Shown: piece by piece, positions 1 to 12,600 of the stretch
Position numbering within the stretch: the stretch's first letter is position 1
Layout of the letters: each line of letters opens with the position of its first letter
Origin: Lepidodermella squamata
Lineage: Eukaryota; Animalia; Gastrotricha
Direction: 5' to 3'
Assembly (NCBI GenBank): GCA_047495785.1
Contig: JBLDXI010000019.1
Span: 2,232,001-2,296,000 of the forward strand
Length of the DNA: 64,000 nucleotides
Notes under the pieces: generated by a model
Databases searched by the model: none
Told to the model about the DNA's origin: nothing
Seen by the model: the letters and a program-made list of their open reading frames with translations, nothing else
Made by a program: the position numbers and the translations under genes

Positions 1-663
1 ATGAAAATTCACGCGAACAGCTCTAAATCGCCGCATTTACGACGCCTGTCTGAATTTCCGCCCGATGTTGCAAAGCAAATCATGGCGAATTTTACGAAAT
101 TTGCTTTCGTGCGCGAACCTGTCGACCGGATGATATCAGCCTGGCGTGAAAAATTGTCTACAAATAAGTCTGATGGAATAAATCGGGATCTTTACCAGGC
201 AACATTTGAAATTTTTTTTTATTATTTTTACAACAATTATTGTTCAATTTTCCAGACAGTCGGCAAACATATAATTTATCACTACCGCCGTAATGCGACC
301 AAAAAAGAAATTTTCGCCGGTTTACCCGTTCGTTTCGACGAATTTTTGCGATTTTTACAAGCTGAAACAAATACGACTCACGACAACGATATTCATTGGA
401 GATCGCAGCTACACGTGTGCCACTTTTGCGCTATTGATTACGATTTTATCGGGTCATTTGAAAACTTCAACTGCGAGCTGGAACAATTTGCCCGGCGCGT
501 CACTGGCCGCGAAAATGTCCCGCGTCTGCCTGGACCGAGTCACAGACAAAATGTGCCATTTTTGTCGACAGTTAATTATGACAAGAATTTATTGTATCGA
601 GTGATTGATCTTCTTTACTCCGGTGACTATCAGATATTTCCGTATCAACGGTCTGCTATTTGA
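1..663 (+). CDS. Carbohydrate sulfotransferase (Sulfotransfer_2 / CHST11-like), probably 5'-partial
   Basis: KFAFVREPVDRMISAWREK (3'-PB motif), HW..Q...CHFCAIDYDFIG.FE and Y..DY..F.Y C-terminus. Removing a probable 57-nt GC-AG intron at 199..255 restores 'LYQTVGKHIIYHYRRNAT'. Confidence 0.85.
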   Translation: MKIHANSSKSPHLRRLSEFPPDVAKQIMANFTKFAFVREPVDRMISAWREKLSTNKSDGINRDLYQATFEIFFYYFYNNYCSIFQTVGKHIIYHYRRNATKKEIFAGLPVRFDEFLRFLQAETNTTHDNDIHWRSQLHVCHFCAIDYDFIGSFENFNCELEQFARRVTGRENVPRLPGPSHRQNVPFLSTVNYDKNLLYRVIDLLYSGDYQIFPYQRSAI

Positions 664-711
664 TTTTATTTTTGCTCGATTCCTTATACTACTGTGATTG
701 AATTTATAATA

Positions 712-2173
712 TCAAGGTCCCTGCGGTGCTGACATAGCCAGAGGAAAAAACAGGGTGTCTTCAATAACTTGCGCTTGTTTCTCGGTCCTCGTTACTTGGC
801 AGTGCTTTAGTCGATCGTGAAACCGTTCAGTTGCTCGACGCTCTCGGCTGAGGTCAAATAAACAGATGAGTTGAAATACTCAAGTTGAAAACATATATTT
901 GAAAATATCTTTGATATTTACGGAAACAGGCCGAAAAATCCTAAAATCAGAGCAAAACGACAAAATCAGGCGGACTAGAAATAATTGGCTGAATTTTTTA
1001 ACTGATTTTAACTGAGTAGGCTTCGAGCGATTAAGAAGCCTAAGCAACTTTAAAATGGGTGAGCCAAGCAGTGAGCACCCTAAGGGTTCCACTAGGGTTC
1101 CAGCACTAAATTTGAGACTCCAGCACTAGATTTCCCTTAAATATGGTATTTCGATTTTCTAGTCTTTGCTAGAATCTCAAATTGTATGCTATCATGTCTA
1201 ACCGATAGACCTTCATATTACGCGTATTTCGCGCTATGAGCGGCCAGTTTACTAATTATACTTCATCCTATAGAGCCGATATCGATTCCAAGTATCGATG
1301 TTACAAATCAGTGATTTTTCCGATATCAGCCGTCTTGGAACCCAACATTGATAGTCTGCCTACGTAGCTCGTAGCTTAGAGCCTCATGTAGCTACAATAA
1401 AAAAGCATAGGATCAGGGAAAAACCGAAATCGCCGAAATCGCAAAGAATCTGAAAAATTTAGTGGAAGGACGCTTAAATTTAGAGCTGGAACATTTTTAG
1501 AGGTTGAAATATTTGTTCCCCTTAGGAGAAGCATGGCAAATTTTACAGAGATTACGCCTTTCAAGGAGGATGGGAGTTTAAAAATTTGAAATTTAAAAAT
1601 TCGAAATCTTTAATTCAGTTCTTCATAAAATTCGAAGCTTATCATGGGTTCCACGAATCTTCAACGCACTTATTAAGATATTTAGGAACTTTTCAGGAAA
1701 TTTGCCAAATCCCTCATTAAAACTTACTCGAGCGTCTCTAGAGTTCTATGCCGTTGCATAGCGATGAGTTTCTTGCTCTTGATCAACTGCATGGCTATCA
1801 CTCGATTCCGCTCATCCGCCCGCAGTTCCTTCTCGCTGTGCACAAATCGAAGCGCCCATTGCGGCGTCTCCCTAAGCACATCCGAGCAGTCCAACGCCTC
1901 GGACCCAATCGTATCCGGGTGATCCGCCATCTGCTGCATCGGATCGTCGACAATTTTCGCCCTCAGCTTCGCCAAGGCCAACATTTGCGGGTCGTCCCGA
2001 TCCTCCAAGATTTGCTTCAAGTGGCTGCTAGTCATTTCAGTGGGCTTCACCTTGCACGAACCCTTCGCGTTGATCTCCATCGCGCCTTTCGATAACAAAA
2101 CCAGCTTCTTCACGGCAGTCTTGAACGACGCCTTGCTAGTATTTCCGCTGCTATTAACCGATAGAGCTGACAT
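712..2173 (-). CDS. Two-exon protein of unknown function
   Basis: ATG 2173. Exon 1 ends at a GA|GTAAGT donor near 1727. Acceptor CCTCAG near 848 continues in frame (DRERRATERFHDRLKHC...PQGP*) to TGA 712-714. Confidence 0.6.
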
Positions 2174-2528
2174 AATTGCGAGCAATAAAAAAATTTGTCT
2201 GATTTTTATTGCGATACCTTGAAAAATAATGTGCGTGCGCATTTTTTCTCAAAGGTAAAAAACTATATATAAACGCCTCATTTAAATTGCAAGGCATGAC
2301 TTATTACTGGTACATAATTATTCATAATTAATGATCTGTTATAGCCTTCTTGGACTTTTTTCTGGCGCTAGCCACGAATTACGTGCACCGAGTCGAAATT
2401 AACCTGTTTTTTTTATTGTTTTATTTTTAGCATTCTTCAGAAGACGCGAACAAAAACTTCTACGCTGTCAGGAATATTAAGAAAAAAATGATGAAATTTT
2501 GAAAAAAGTTGCCGAATTTTCAGCTATT

Positions 2529-4217
2529 TTAAACACCGGCCCATTCAATCTCTTCCTTTTTGCGCTTTCCCATGGCCTTCTCCTGCTGTTTGCGCCATTT
2601 CTCCTTGTAGCGCTCTTCCTCTTCGAGGTCGAGGATCAACTTTTGCATCAGTTCCTTCTTCTTCTGCAAATGGCGCTCTTCGGCTGATTCCTGGCGTTTA
2701 GCTTCGTCTTTAAGGAATTTCCTGAATCGGCGCCGTGGGCAACAGCGGTAGGTAAGTTCGTCTCTCAAGTTGCCGAGAAGTGATGCCAGGTGGCCGACGC
2801 AGAGGAATGTCTCGATGGCGCCGGCTATGATGCCAATGCCGTCGACGGTTGACCGTGCTTTGAATAGGGTGTCGTCCTTGATATCAACCCATCTGAAGGG
2901 GAAAAATTTCAAGTAATGTATGAATTTTGCTCAGCTGTCGTTTGCTTAAATGTCGCGAATAAAAACAGTATTGTAGGCTCAATCCCGAAAACACATATTT
3001 TTGTTTTGTATTCTTCATTTTTCTGAAATTCTGATTCAATCGATTTAACGGAAATTCAAATTCAAATTTCAATTTCAAATTTCGTGTGAAAATTATTTTG
3101 ATTTTCTTAATTTTCCTGAAAAAATGGATTTGCTCATTAACCCATTTTTTTAATTTGACTCAAGGGGTCAATAGGATCTGAAAACTCCTGAAAAGGCAGT
3201 TTTACATGCGTCGAAAATTACCCGCTAATGTAGTCCAACTTCTTGCAAAATGCTTTAAATTGGCAAAAATCAGGCAAATTTCGTAAAATCGCCAAAATTT
3301 GCAGACCAATCCCATTCTGGGCAAAAATATCAAACATTTCTGATTTAGCGCTGATTTTTAATGCATTTTTTTCGCCATCTTTGCTAAGAATAGCCTTAAA
3401 TTTTGAGAGGTATTGCTTGAACTGGTGCTTGAAATAGGTCGGTTTTTTTTTAATTTTCTTTACCTGTAATAAACGCCATCAACCGCCGCCGAATAGTAGC
3501 TGATGATGGAGAAAGCTATCGACGTCATCAAGCCGAGAACCACGCAAATCAACAATTTTTTCACATTTTTGCGAAGTTCCCATTTCGCAACGATGAACGA
3601 AAACGCGGCCGACGCAGCGACAGGACCGGCGCACCAAACGCCGGCAAATGTAAAACGCAAATTGCATCCAACAGCCAGGGACACTATTCCCAAGGCCAGG
3701 AATAAAATAGCGAATAAACCGTGAATGACGCCCATTGTTGCGTAGAAGCAGTCTTCCATCTCGGGCATTTCTTCGGGGAAAATCGCGTAGGCGCCGTGGC
3801 CTAAAATTATGATACCGCCCTGTTGGACGCTCGACCCGGCGGCGAGGACTGACGGGTCGACGTGCTTGGTAACATCACCGCCCATACAGCCGCCGAAGCA
3901 CAACTTCTCACAACAGCCGAGTTCTTTGTACTTGTGAGCCTTACGCCGTTGTTTTCTGAAAAAATATTCAGAAATTTCTAAAAAAAATTTGACGTTGATT
4001 TTTTTACCTGACCATCATCACAGGCGCAGCCGAGGGAGGAATAATCATATTTTGAGGGGTTGACCCACTTCCAACCGAATCAGTCACCCCGGGTGAATCA
4101 TTGATAATCGGCTCCTCATAAGGCGCTACAGGAGCTGTATTTCAAATAATTCCTAATAATTTTCAATTTTTTTTACAATTTTTTACCTTGATGCTGGGCC
4201 CAAGGCGTCGCTGACAT
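2529..4217 (-). CDS. Four-TM MS4A/CD20-like membrane protein with charged C-terminal coiled coil (4 exons)
   Basis: GT-AG exons join in frame from MSATPWAQHQ. Four hydrophobic helices (GVIHGLFAILFLALGIV; FAGVWCAGPVAASAAFSFIVA; LLICVVLGLMTSIAFSII; GIGIIAGAIETFLCVGHL) and a K/E-rich tail. Confidence 0.6.
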
Positions 4218-4581
4218 TTTGCTCTATGCCAAATGCTGTGTTCAAATAATTTTCTGCTGTTGGTTCCAAGAGTTGTTCTTTCTCGCTATTATTTGAATAA
4301 GAAACTGCCAATGCAATACACATCGATCTTATACACGGCGTTGTGCGCAGTTGATCGATTTAATTATCGCAAAAAAACAAGACGCGTTGCGATGGCTGGC
4401 GCGCTATACCGGTCGATAGTGCGTTCTTTAAGGTGGTTGCGGCTTCAACATGTTATCGAATTTTAAATTATTAAAACGAGTAACACAGAGAAACTTTATT
4501 TGATCATCTAAAGCTATACAATCATAAACTTCTAAAATATCGATTTTTGAACGAAAAATCAATCGATTGATCAATTATATC

Positions 4582-5370
4582 TTAGGGTTGGATATCAACA
4601 AAGCGCATGTATTTGCGACCTGAAGGTAGAGCCAGACTTGTATCTTCGCAAGTTTCATTAAGAGCCCCTTCACCGCCATCTAAGCAGCACCCTTCAGCCA
4701 CAACCTTATCGCCAGGTTTCCAATCAGCTGGAAAATAAACGTGCTTGACGTCGTGAATTTGCATCGCCTCGATTGTTCGCAGAATCTCGCTAAATCGGAA
4801 AAATAATAAAATTTCTCCAAATTACTCGAAAATTAATACCTAAAATTTCGCCCGATCGTAGCTGGATAGAGCATGTAGAATCGGATAGAATTTGATGGAT
4901 CGACGATCAGAACAGCTCGGCTAGCAAGAAAGAACCCGCGTCTATCTGTTGTTTTCAAGTCCAAAATTCCAAGGGTCCTCCCAAGTTCGCCCGTAACGTC
5001 GCTGATTAGAGGAAACGGTAGGCTACCCATTTCATGATACGGCGGATCGCACTGCGATAAGACGTCTTTCTCCCACTTGAGGTGATCTGGGAATTAAAAA
5101 TTAAATTTCCGATTTGACCTGAACAAAATAATCACCTTCAATTCGATCGTGCGACATTGCAATTATTCGAGTATTACGAATTTCGAATTCGCAGGTTAAA
5201 TTAACAACCTGAGCGAGTTCTGTCGTGCAAACTGGGTCAAAATCGCCAGGGTGCGACAAAAACAACAGCCATGATGAACTGCCCTCATAATATTGGTGAA
5301 TCGGAAAATCGCCAAACGTTGTCTTGACATTAACGTTAGGAAAAATGCCGCCGAGCTTTATTAAAGCCAT
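4582..5370 (-). CDS. PRDX6: 1-Cys peroxiredoxin-6 paralog A (divergent), 3 exons
   Basis: SHPGDFDPVCTTEL, LPFPLISD, YPATIGRNF, PADWKPGD, LPSGRKYMRF; two short GT-AG introns. Confidence 0.9.
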
Positions 5371-5601
5371 TTTGTACCAAAGCGAAAAAATATCCTCTGT
5401 CCATCACTAATAATGCTCTCAGCTCCCATCGCTCAGGAAATAAGGGCTCAATTTTCGAACCTTCTGTCGAAAGTTGAGAGTCCTTTTTCCTAAAAGGAAT
5501 CAGGTGATCGTCTCATTTTGCAAATTACACGAATAAAATAAAGACACTCAAAAATCATTTTATTCTCAGTTCATGATCACGGTCGCGTCTTAAAACGTTG
5601 T

Positions 5602-6414
5602 TTAAGCGCAGGTGGTGAAACGAAGGTATTCGCGCTTAGAAGGCAGCGGGACAACTTCGCATCCGTTCGGGTAGTTTTCGACGCCAGCCGACGGCGGGAT
5701 GATGACCTTATCACCGACCTTCCAGTCAACCGGGGTGACAACCTTCTTCGAATCGTGAAGCTGCAGGCCATCGACAATGCGGATGAGCTCGCTGAAAATT
5801 GCAAAAAAATAATAAAAAATATTGAAAATTTTCTAAATTATTTACTCGAAATTGCGGCCAAGGGAAGCTGGGTAGAGGAGAAGCAGACGAACGGTTTTTG
5901 CCGGGTCGACGACGAAAACAGCGCGGCACGTAAGGGGCAGACCGCTCTTGTCCTTGACATTCGGGTCAATCATGCCGAATCGCTAAAAATAATGGAATAA
6001 ATTAATAATATAGCCAGAAAATAATTAGTCACCTTGGCAAGCTCGCGAGTCGGATCGGCGATAATCGGGAAAGGCAGGTTCTCCTCAGACTTCTTGCAAT
6101 AGGACATGACGTCCTTCGACCAGCCCTCATGTTCTTTAAAATTCCTGAATTTATCGGGGGAAAAATCGAATTTTTCTTGATTTATTACCTTCGACCTTGT
6201 CGCATGAAAGAGCGATCATCTTGACGTTGCGCTTGCTGAACTCGGGGGCCAGCTGGGCGGCGCGGGCCAGTTCAGTCGTGCAGACTGGGGTGTAATCGGC
6301 CGGGTGCGAGAAGAAGAGCAGCCATGAGTCACCCTGGTAGTCGTGCAGCTTGTAGTTGCCCGTCGTGGTTTCGACGTCAACGTTCGGGAAAGGGCTTCCG
6401 AGATTCAGAGTCAT
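5602..6414 (-). CDS. PRDX6: 1-Cys peroxiredoxin-6 paralog B, 4 exons
   Basis: GDSWLLFFSHPADYTPVCTTEL, LPFPIIADP, GLPLTCRAVF, YPASLGRNFD, TPVDWK, YLRFTTCA*; three short GT-AG introns. Confidence 0.93.
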
Positions 6415-7483
6415 TATATCAAAGCTTAGAATAATATTGCACTATCAAGATCAGCTGAATAATTTTAAGACTGGAGTATTTTTTTGAGCCTCCTAGGATT
6501 TTAAGAGCGGCGCAGCACGCGATAATTTCAAGATCGATTGCTGCGCCGAGCGGGCGATTTGTCCACGTGATTGCAACAAAATCGCGTGCCGCAATTGTAA
6601 AAATCTTCATTTTTTTGGCTTAAAAACGGAGTTGATGATGACACGACAGAAAATGCCACATTCGAAGTTGGACTGATTCGAAAAAACACTGAACGTTACA
6701 CCGTGGAATGATTTGGTCAGAAAAACACTAACGCCACTCTACGCTCGTTGCCTATTTGCTATAATGCCCAAGTAAAATGGTCTGTAAAAATGGTCTGATC
6801 AACAGTGAACAATCGAACGCGGAAATTTTATGCTGAATTCAAATGGAATTTTTCACTTTTCATGCACTTCTCCGGGATTCAAGTTTCCAGCCAGCTTTTC
6901 ACTTCAAATCCATCTCGAATCTCGATGATTACGCCCGAGGACTCTTTCTTAGCATCTTGAATCGTTTTCAACTCAGAGATACGAAAATTCCTCAAAATTT
7001 GAGGTTTTCATCAAAATGTGAGAAATTTCATTTCTGCATCTAAATTTTCCGAATTTCAAAAAAATAAAACAATCGACGTGTGGTATCCACTCGTTTTATT
7101 TTTTCGCGGCAAACGATCGTGACCTCGAATTTCATCATGAAGCTTGAGAAGCGACTGATAATTTCAGATTGTAAAAGAATAACTAGAGGATTTTCGAAGA
7201 CGCATTTCAAGATTTCATCTCGCGAAATTACCGGAAAGGCTAGGAAGCACTCGTATCATGCAAATAATCGGGAAGAGCACGGTCGAAAAGTATTTTCGCA
7301 ATAATATAATATAATAAATGACAAGTTTTTGTTTCTTCAGAGAGATGAACAACGGGTCTCAGAGCAGCTTGAAGCGTATAAACCTTCGAGGTTCGTCAAC
7401 TCAACAACTCACTATAATATAAGTCCATTTTTCATCGATTGTTCCTCGATATCATTATTGGTTGGTTGGTTGGTTATTATTGT

Positions 7484-9235
7484 TTATTTACTGACGGTTG
7501 TGAATCGGAGGTAATCCTTGCCCGACGGCAGTTGGACGGTTTCGACGCCTTCCGGGTACTGGTCGGCCGGCGCGCCTGGCGGCACGATAACCTTGTCGCC
7601 GTGAGTCCAGTCAGCAGGGGTCACGACTTTTTTTGTCGCATTCAGTTGCAGCGCGTCAATCGAACGAATGACCTCACTGGAAAATACGAACAAATGTTAT
7701 TCAAAATTCAAAAGAAAATCAGAATACGACATAATGGAGAATAATCAAATCGCATAACTTGAATTTAGAATAAAAACGGGCTGTTTTGTACGAAACATGC
7801 ACAATTTCAAATTGAAGACAAACATTTTAAAATTTAAAAATTAATTTCAATTAATTCTAATTTTTCGACAGATTAAAGAAAAATGATTTGAAAGCCTTAA
7901 AACATTAATTTTAATTTATTTCATTGAAACCTCTAGCCCTTTTTCTTGAGTTTGATAAAAAAATATTGTTACAAAAATAATTCGCCTTTGGATAGCTTAG
8001 AGAACCCATCATAAAAATTATTGAAAAATTCTGATTTAAGACTAACGTTGGTATATAGGTATTTCAAAGCGTTTTTGAGACTGTAAGCAAATTTCAATTT
8101 GAATTTTTCTGCGCCTTCCTATTCCGAAATTCAAAAATTGTAAAAATTATGAGATTACTCTTATCTCTCTCTGTTTTCTGTATCACCTATCAAATTTGCC
8201 TTTCTCAAGCTAAACCACCAAAAGTGGTCGGGTTTCGACCGCAAAATTGACGAATTTCCAACTTTCGAATCGACCCACCCAAATGATCCAACTTACATTG
8301 AGTCCCGTTTAGACAAATTTCACCATACTCTTGACTCTGATTAACATTAAGGGGGCCCCTATTTGTACATGATTTAAAAAACTAACCCTAACCTTAACCC
8401 TAACCAGGAAAGCCCCAAAAATTGATTAAAAATCGAAGTTCAATTTAAAAAATTATGTGCAAATAGGCACTTCGTAATAAAAATAGTCATCAGTAAAGTT
8501 TTTACTGGATTTTTGGAACATGAAGGTACCAAACCCGGAATCTAAGCGATAGCGTTTGTCAAGTATTTTTGCTATCGGTAAGACCTATTGCCAAGACTAC
8601 CCAAAAACACAAATTGTTCGCGAAATAACTAGAAAATTATTTTCCAAGTTATTTCTCAGGTTTCCTTGTTTCATTGTTAATTTTCATGGTCCTAGAGATC
8701 ACACGGATCAAAATAACCTTCACAATAGCCTTCAATTATTTGAATAATTCCAAGTAAATTAGTGGTCTCACCTGAAATTGCGGCCGACCGAAGATGGGTA
8801 GAGCGAAGAAAGACGCAGGGTCTTATCCGGGGCGAAAACGAAGCAGGCACGGCACGTCTGCGGCATGCCTTTCGCGTCCTTAGCAACGGGGTCCAGCATG
8901 CCAAACGCCAGCGCAATATCGCGGTGTTTATCGGCGATGATCGGGAAGGGCAGCGGCTCGCCCATGCGGTCGCAGTACGCCATGATGTCCTTGCCCCAGC
9001 CCTTGTGGTCGTCCAAATCGTCGCAGGATAGCGCGATCAGTTTCACCTGGCGGCGCGCGAATTCGGGCATGAGCAGGACGAGCCGCGACAACTCGGTTGT
9101 GCACACCGGGGTGTAATCGGCCGGGTGCGAGAACAGCATCAGCCAACCATCGCCTTGGTAGTCATGCAATTTCATCTGACCATATGTTGTTTCAACATCG
9201 ATATTTGGCAAAATCGAACCCAGAGACAGCGACAT
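7484..9235 (-). CDS. PRDX6: 1-Cys peroxiredoxin-6 paralog C, 2 exons
   Basis: FSHPADYTPVCTTEL, GMLDPVAKDAKGMPQTCRA, YPSSVGRNF|SEVIRSID, LPSGKDYLRFT; intron 7677..8771. Confidence 0.93.
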
Positions 9236-9628
9236 TTTTAATCACGAAAATTAAAAATCTAAAAAAAATCATAAAATTGACCATGAATTTTGTAAAAAAA
9301 ATAAATAAAAAATAATTAAGGTTGATAAATATTTTTATTTTTGCATTTTTTCTCAAGCACCACGCTACAATATAAATAGTATAACAATATTTGATCCGAA
9401 TAAGAAAAATCACGTTTTTTGTATAATAATATGAAACGGAATGAGATTCCTGCATAGCATCCGTGAGCCCATGATATAAAATGACTTGAATAAATCAGTA
9501 AAAATGCATATAGCCACGTATAAAAGCAAGGTATTAACAAGACTCATTTCGGACAACAAAGCACGCGTTTCACATCCTGGGGTCCAAAGATCGAGATCAT
9601 TTTATTTTCAGTGGACCCGAAATCCAGG

Positions 9629-12600
9629 TTAAAACATTCGAGTTGTTGACGCTGAATTTCGAGGACTTCCAGTTTTAGGCGGAGCCATTAAAAAGGCCAG
9701 CAATTTATTGTAGTCCACCGTCGCTGCTTTTGATTTCGAATTTTTCAAATTAGCCTGGCTGCTATTTTGAGCCGGTTCAACGCCAGCCTCACGCAGCAGT
9801 CGTTGAACTTCGGTCGGATGCAATTTTTCGCCCGAATTTTGAAGCAGGGCGGTCAAATCTGGGACCGAGATGAAACCAGTCGATTTCGGGTCGATTGCTT
9901 TGAAAGCGGCTAGGACATCGCCCCGCGTATCTTCCGTCCGTTTGTACTTCGTCATGGCCTGAATGAAGGCGGGGAAATCCAGGCGATTCGTGTCTTTATT
10001 TGCGAACTGCGAGAAGTAAGAGATCGATTCTTGTTTGGTGGCGCAGCAGCCAAGAGATCGCATTATCAACAGCAATTGAGCAGGTGTGGTTATCGATCCT
10101 TCTCGGGCGTATAGCAGGAAACAATCCTTGAATTCTAAAAAGATGAATTAAAATAATGTTATCAACATTTTTCAATTACCAAGTAAACAATTAATTGAAT
10201 TGACTGAACAAATTTGTTAACGCATTAAAATTGTAGGCGAATTTTTGTATTTACAAACAAAATCGTATTTTTTACGCCATAACTACATTTTCCCCAGTGC
10301 TAATTTATCTGAGATATTTTACTGAATTGTTTAGAATTATAAAATGAGTGAAGATATGACAGCAGCAATTATCGAAAGACTTGAAAAAATTTTAGGAGAA
10401 CAAAAACGGCAATCTGACCAACAAAAACGGCAATCGGACGAGCTAAAACGACAAGCGGAGGAACAGAAGAGACAGGCGGCGAAATGATACAGCTGTCGGC
10501 GGCAGTGGCAGTGGCAGCTCATCGAGAAGCTGGGCAAAATTTTGGTCGAACAAAAGAGGCAGGCGGAGGAGCAGAAGAGACAGGCGGATGAGCAAAAGAG
10601 ACAGGCGGACGAAATGGTACGGCTGTCGGCGGCAGTGGCAGGGTTGGCGGCGGAGAGGCGGGCGAGCCCACAATATATTGTAAGCTGACCAATTCCATTC
10701 CTGAACTGATTTTCTACATAGATCCAACCGTTGAGTTCGAGTTTGATACAGCAAATAACAGGCGCGAAAGTTTTCAATCGCTCACTCTATCAATCATCAG
10801 GCTTGTGGTGTGACTCGCTTAATATTTTGTTATCTATATTTTTTTCTGAATATTTAACGCGTTTTTTCTGATATTCGCAGCAATTTTTCTATACATTTTC
10901 GTTGTTAATTTTTTCTCTTTCATGTGCAATTTTGTGATTTTATTACATAGCGGAAATTCACTTTCCAGTGGCGATTGCTAGTTTTCCTCAAAGCTTATTT
11001 ATTTAAGTAATTTTCTGCATTTTTTTAGAATTGAACAAATGACTACCGAACCAAATGAACGCCTGTTCCAGGCTGGCAGCCGGCCTCGACCGATTGGCTA
11101 CAGATCAGCGGGCCGGCTTCAACCGCTTGGCCGAAGAAATGCGAACCGGTTTCGATCGCATGGCCGAAATGCGAGCCGGTTTCGAGCAGATGTCGGCGGC
11201 AGTGGCAGGTTTGTCGGTGGAGAGGCGGGCGAGCCCACAATTTATTGTCGAATGACAAATTTCATCTGAAATCATCGAGAAGCTGGACAAAATTTTGGTC
11301 GAACAAAAGAGACAGGCGGAGGAGCAGAAGAGGCAGGCGGACGAAATGGTACGGCTGTCTGCGGCAGTGGCTAGGTTGGCGGCGGAGAGGCGGGCGAGCC
11401 CACAATTTAATGTAAGATGACAAATTTCATACATGAAAACTGAATTTTTTACACAAAGATCCGACCCATCAGTTGATACAGATAGTAACAGACGCAGAGG
11501 TGTTTCATCCCGAAAAGTTTGTCAATCATCAGCCTTGTGTTGTATTGTGTTGTTCGTGTTGTCATCGCTTGCTTTTTTGTTATATATTTTCTTAATATTT
11601 AAATGACTCTAACATGTTTTCGCTTTTACCGGCAGTTTGCTAAGCAACGCTCACCAGCTCACTTGCGCCGGAGCTGAAACCGTTTGGCCCAGTTCGCTAA
11701 AACAGCCAATTCGCTTTCAACAGTAGTCACTGCAACCGCAGATACCGCATCCGCAGCCAGCAGCCGACCTCTCGCCGCAAATATCAAATACCAAATAATA
11801 CCAAAATAATGTTTTCGCTTTTATGGCAGGCTGCTAGGCTACGCTCGTCCACCCCGGAACCTGCGCTGTCGCTGACAGCATTTGGATTCGATAGCCAAAC
11901 CAGCTCTATCGCTGGTATGGGCCTCAGCAGCCGAAGCACACCAACAACCCCTCGCCGCAAATGATAACTTTTTTTTATACAAATTATAAAATGAGAAGAG
12001 TTACGAATCTATAATTAATAAATCGAAGAGAGCTGATGATATTCTATGGATATTCGATATATCTTCGCCAGCTTGGCTTCAGACAGTTTGAATGATGTAT
12101 CGACTTTCTAGGCTCGCAGGAGTGTAGCATCGAGTACTTTGCCAAAGCATGTGACCTAACGATCAGCATTTCAGATGTTCACGAGACTAAATTTATTGCG
12201 TCACATCACGTGACAATATTCTTTTTTCTCATTCGTGTGTCTATGAAAGCGTTGAAGAAATCCCCATTTATTCTGGTTAACAAATTGAGTCTTTTCTTCT
12301 TCCTCCTTGAATGTTGATCTACCCTGTTATTGATCTATTTTTGTCGAGAGAATTAATGAGCACTCAAGGGCTCATATTGCTGCGTAAACATGAATCTAGT
12401 CTTCAATGCTTCATAGGTAAAATCGTTTTCAATCCAGTAGATCAAGAATATCGCGATATCTTGATGAATCGTTGTCTTTGTCCAGATTGATTTCTTCTAC
12501 ATTTCTCTCAATTTACGACAATTTTCGCTTTAGAGCAGCTATCTGATATTCTCACGATAATCTTGCGGCTAAAATGAAATCTACATGATTTTACGAACTC

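Noticed and set aside
7329-7440. Possible SECIS-like stem downstream of Prdx6 copy C
   Set aside because: No in-frame TGA in any Prdx6 copy and no proper AUGA/GA quartet with an apical AA.
8382-8406. CCCTAA telomere-like repeats (also ~42976-43000)
   Set aside because: Only 3-4 imperfect units inside introns or TE debris; not an array.
10337-11434. Minus-strand Cys-rich ORFs (SSACLFC repeats) and a possible CRISPR-like repeat
   Set aside because: These are antisense shadows of the plus-strand EEQKRQA repeats; there are no unique spacers, and the context is eukaryotic.
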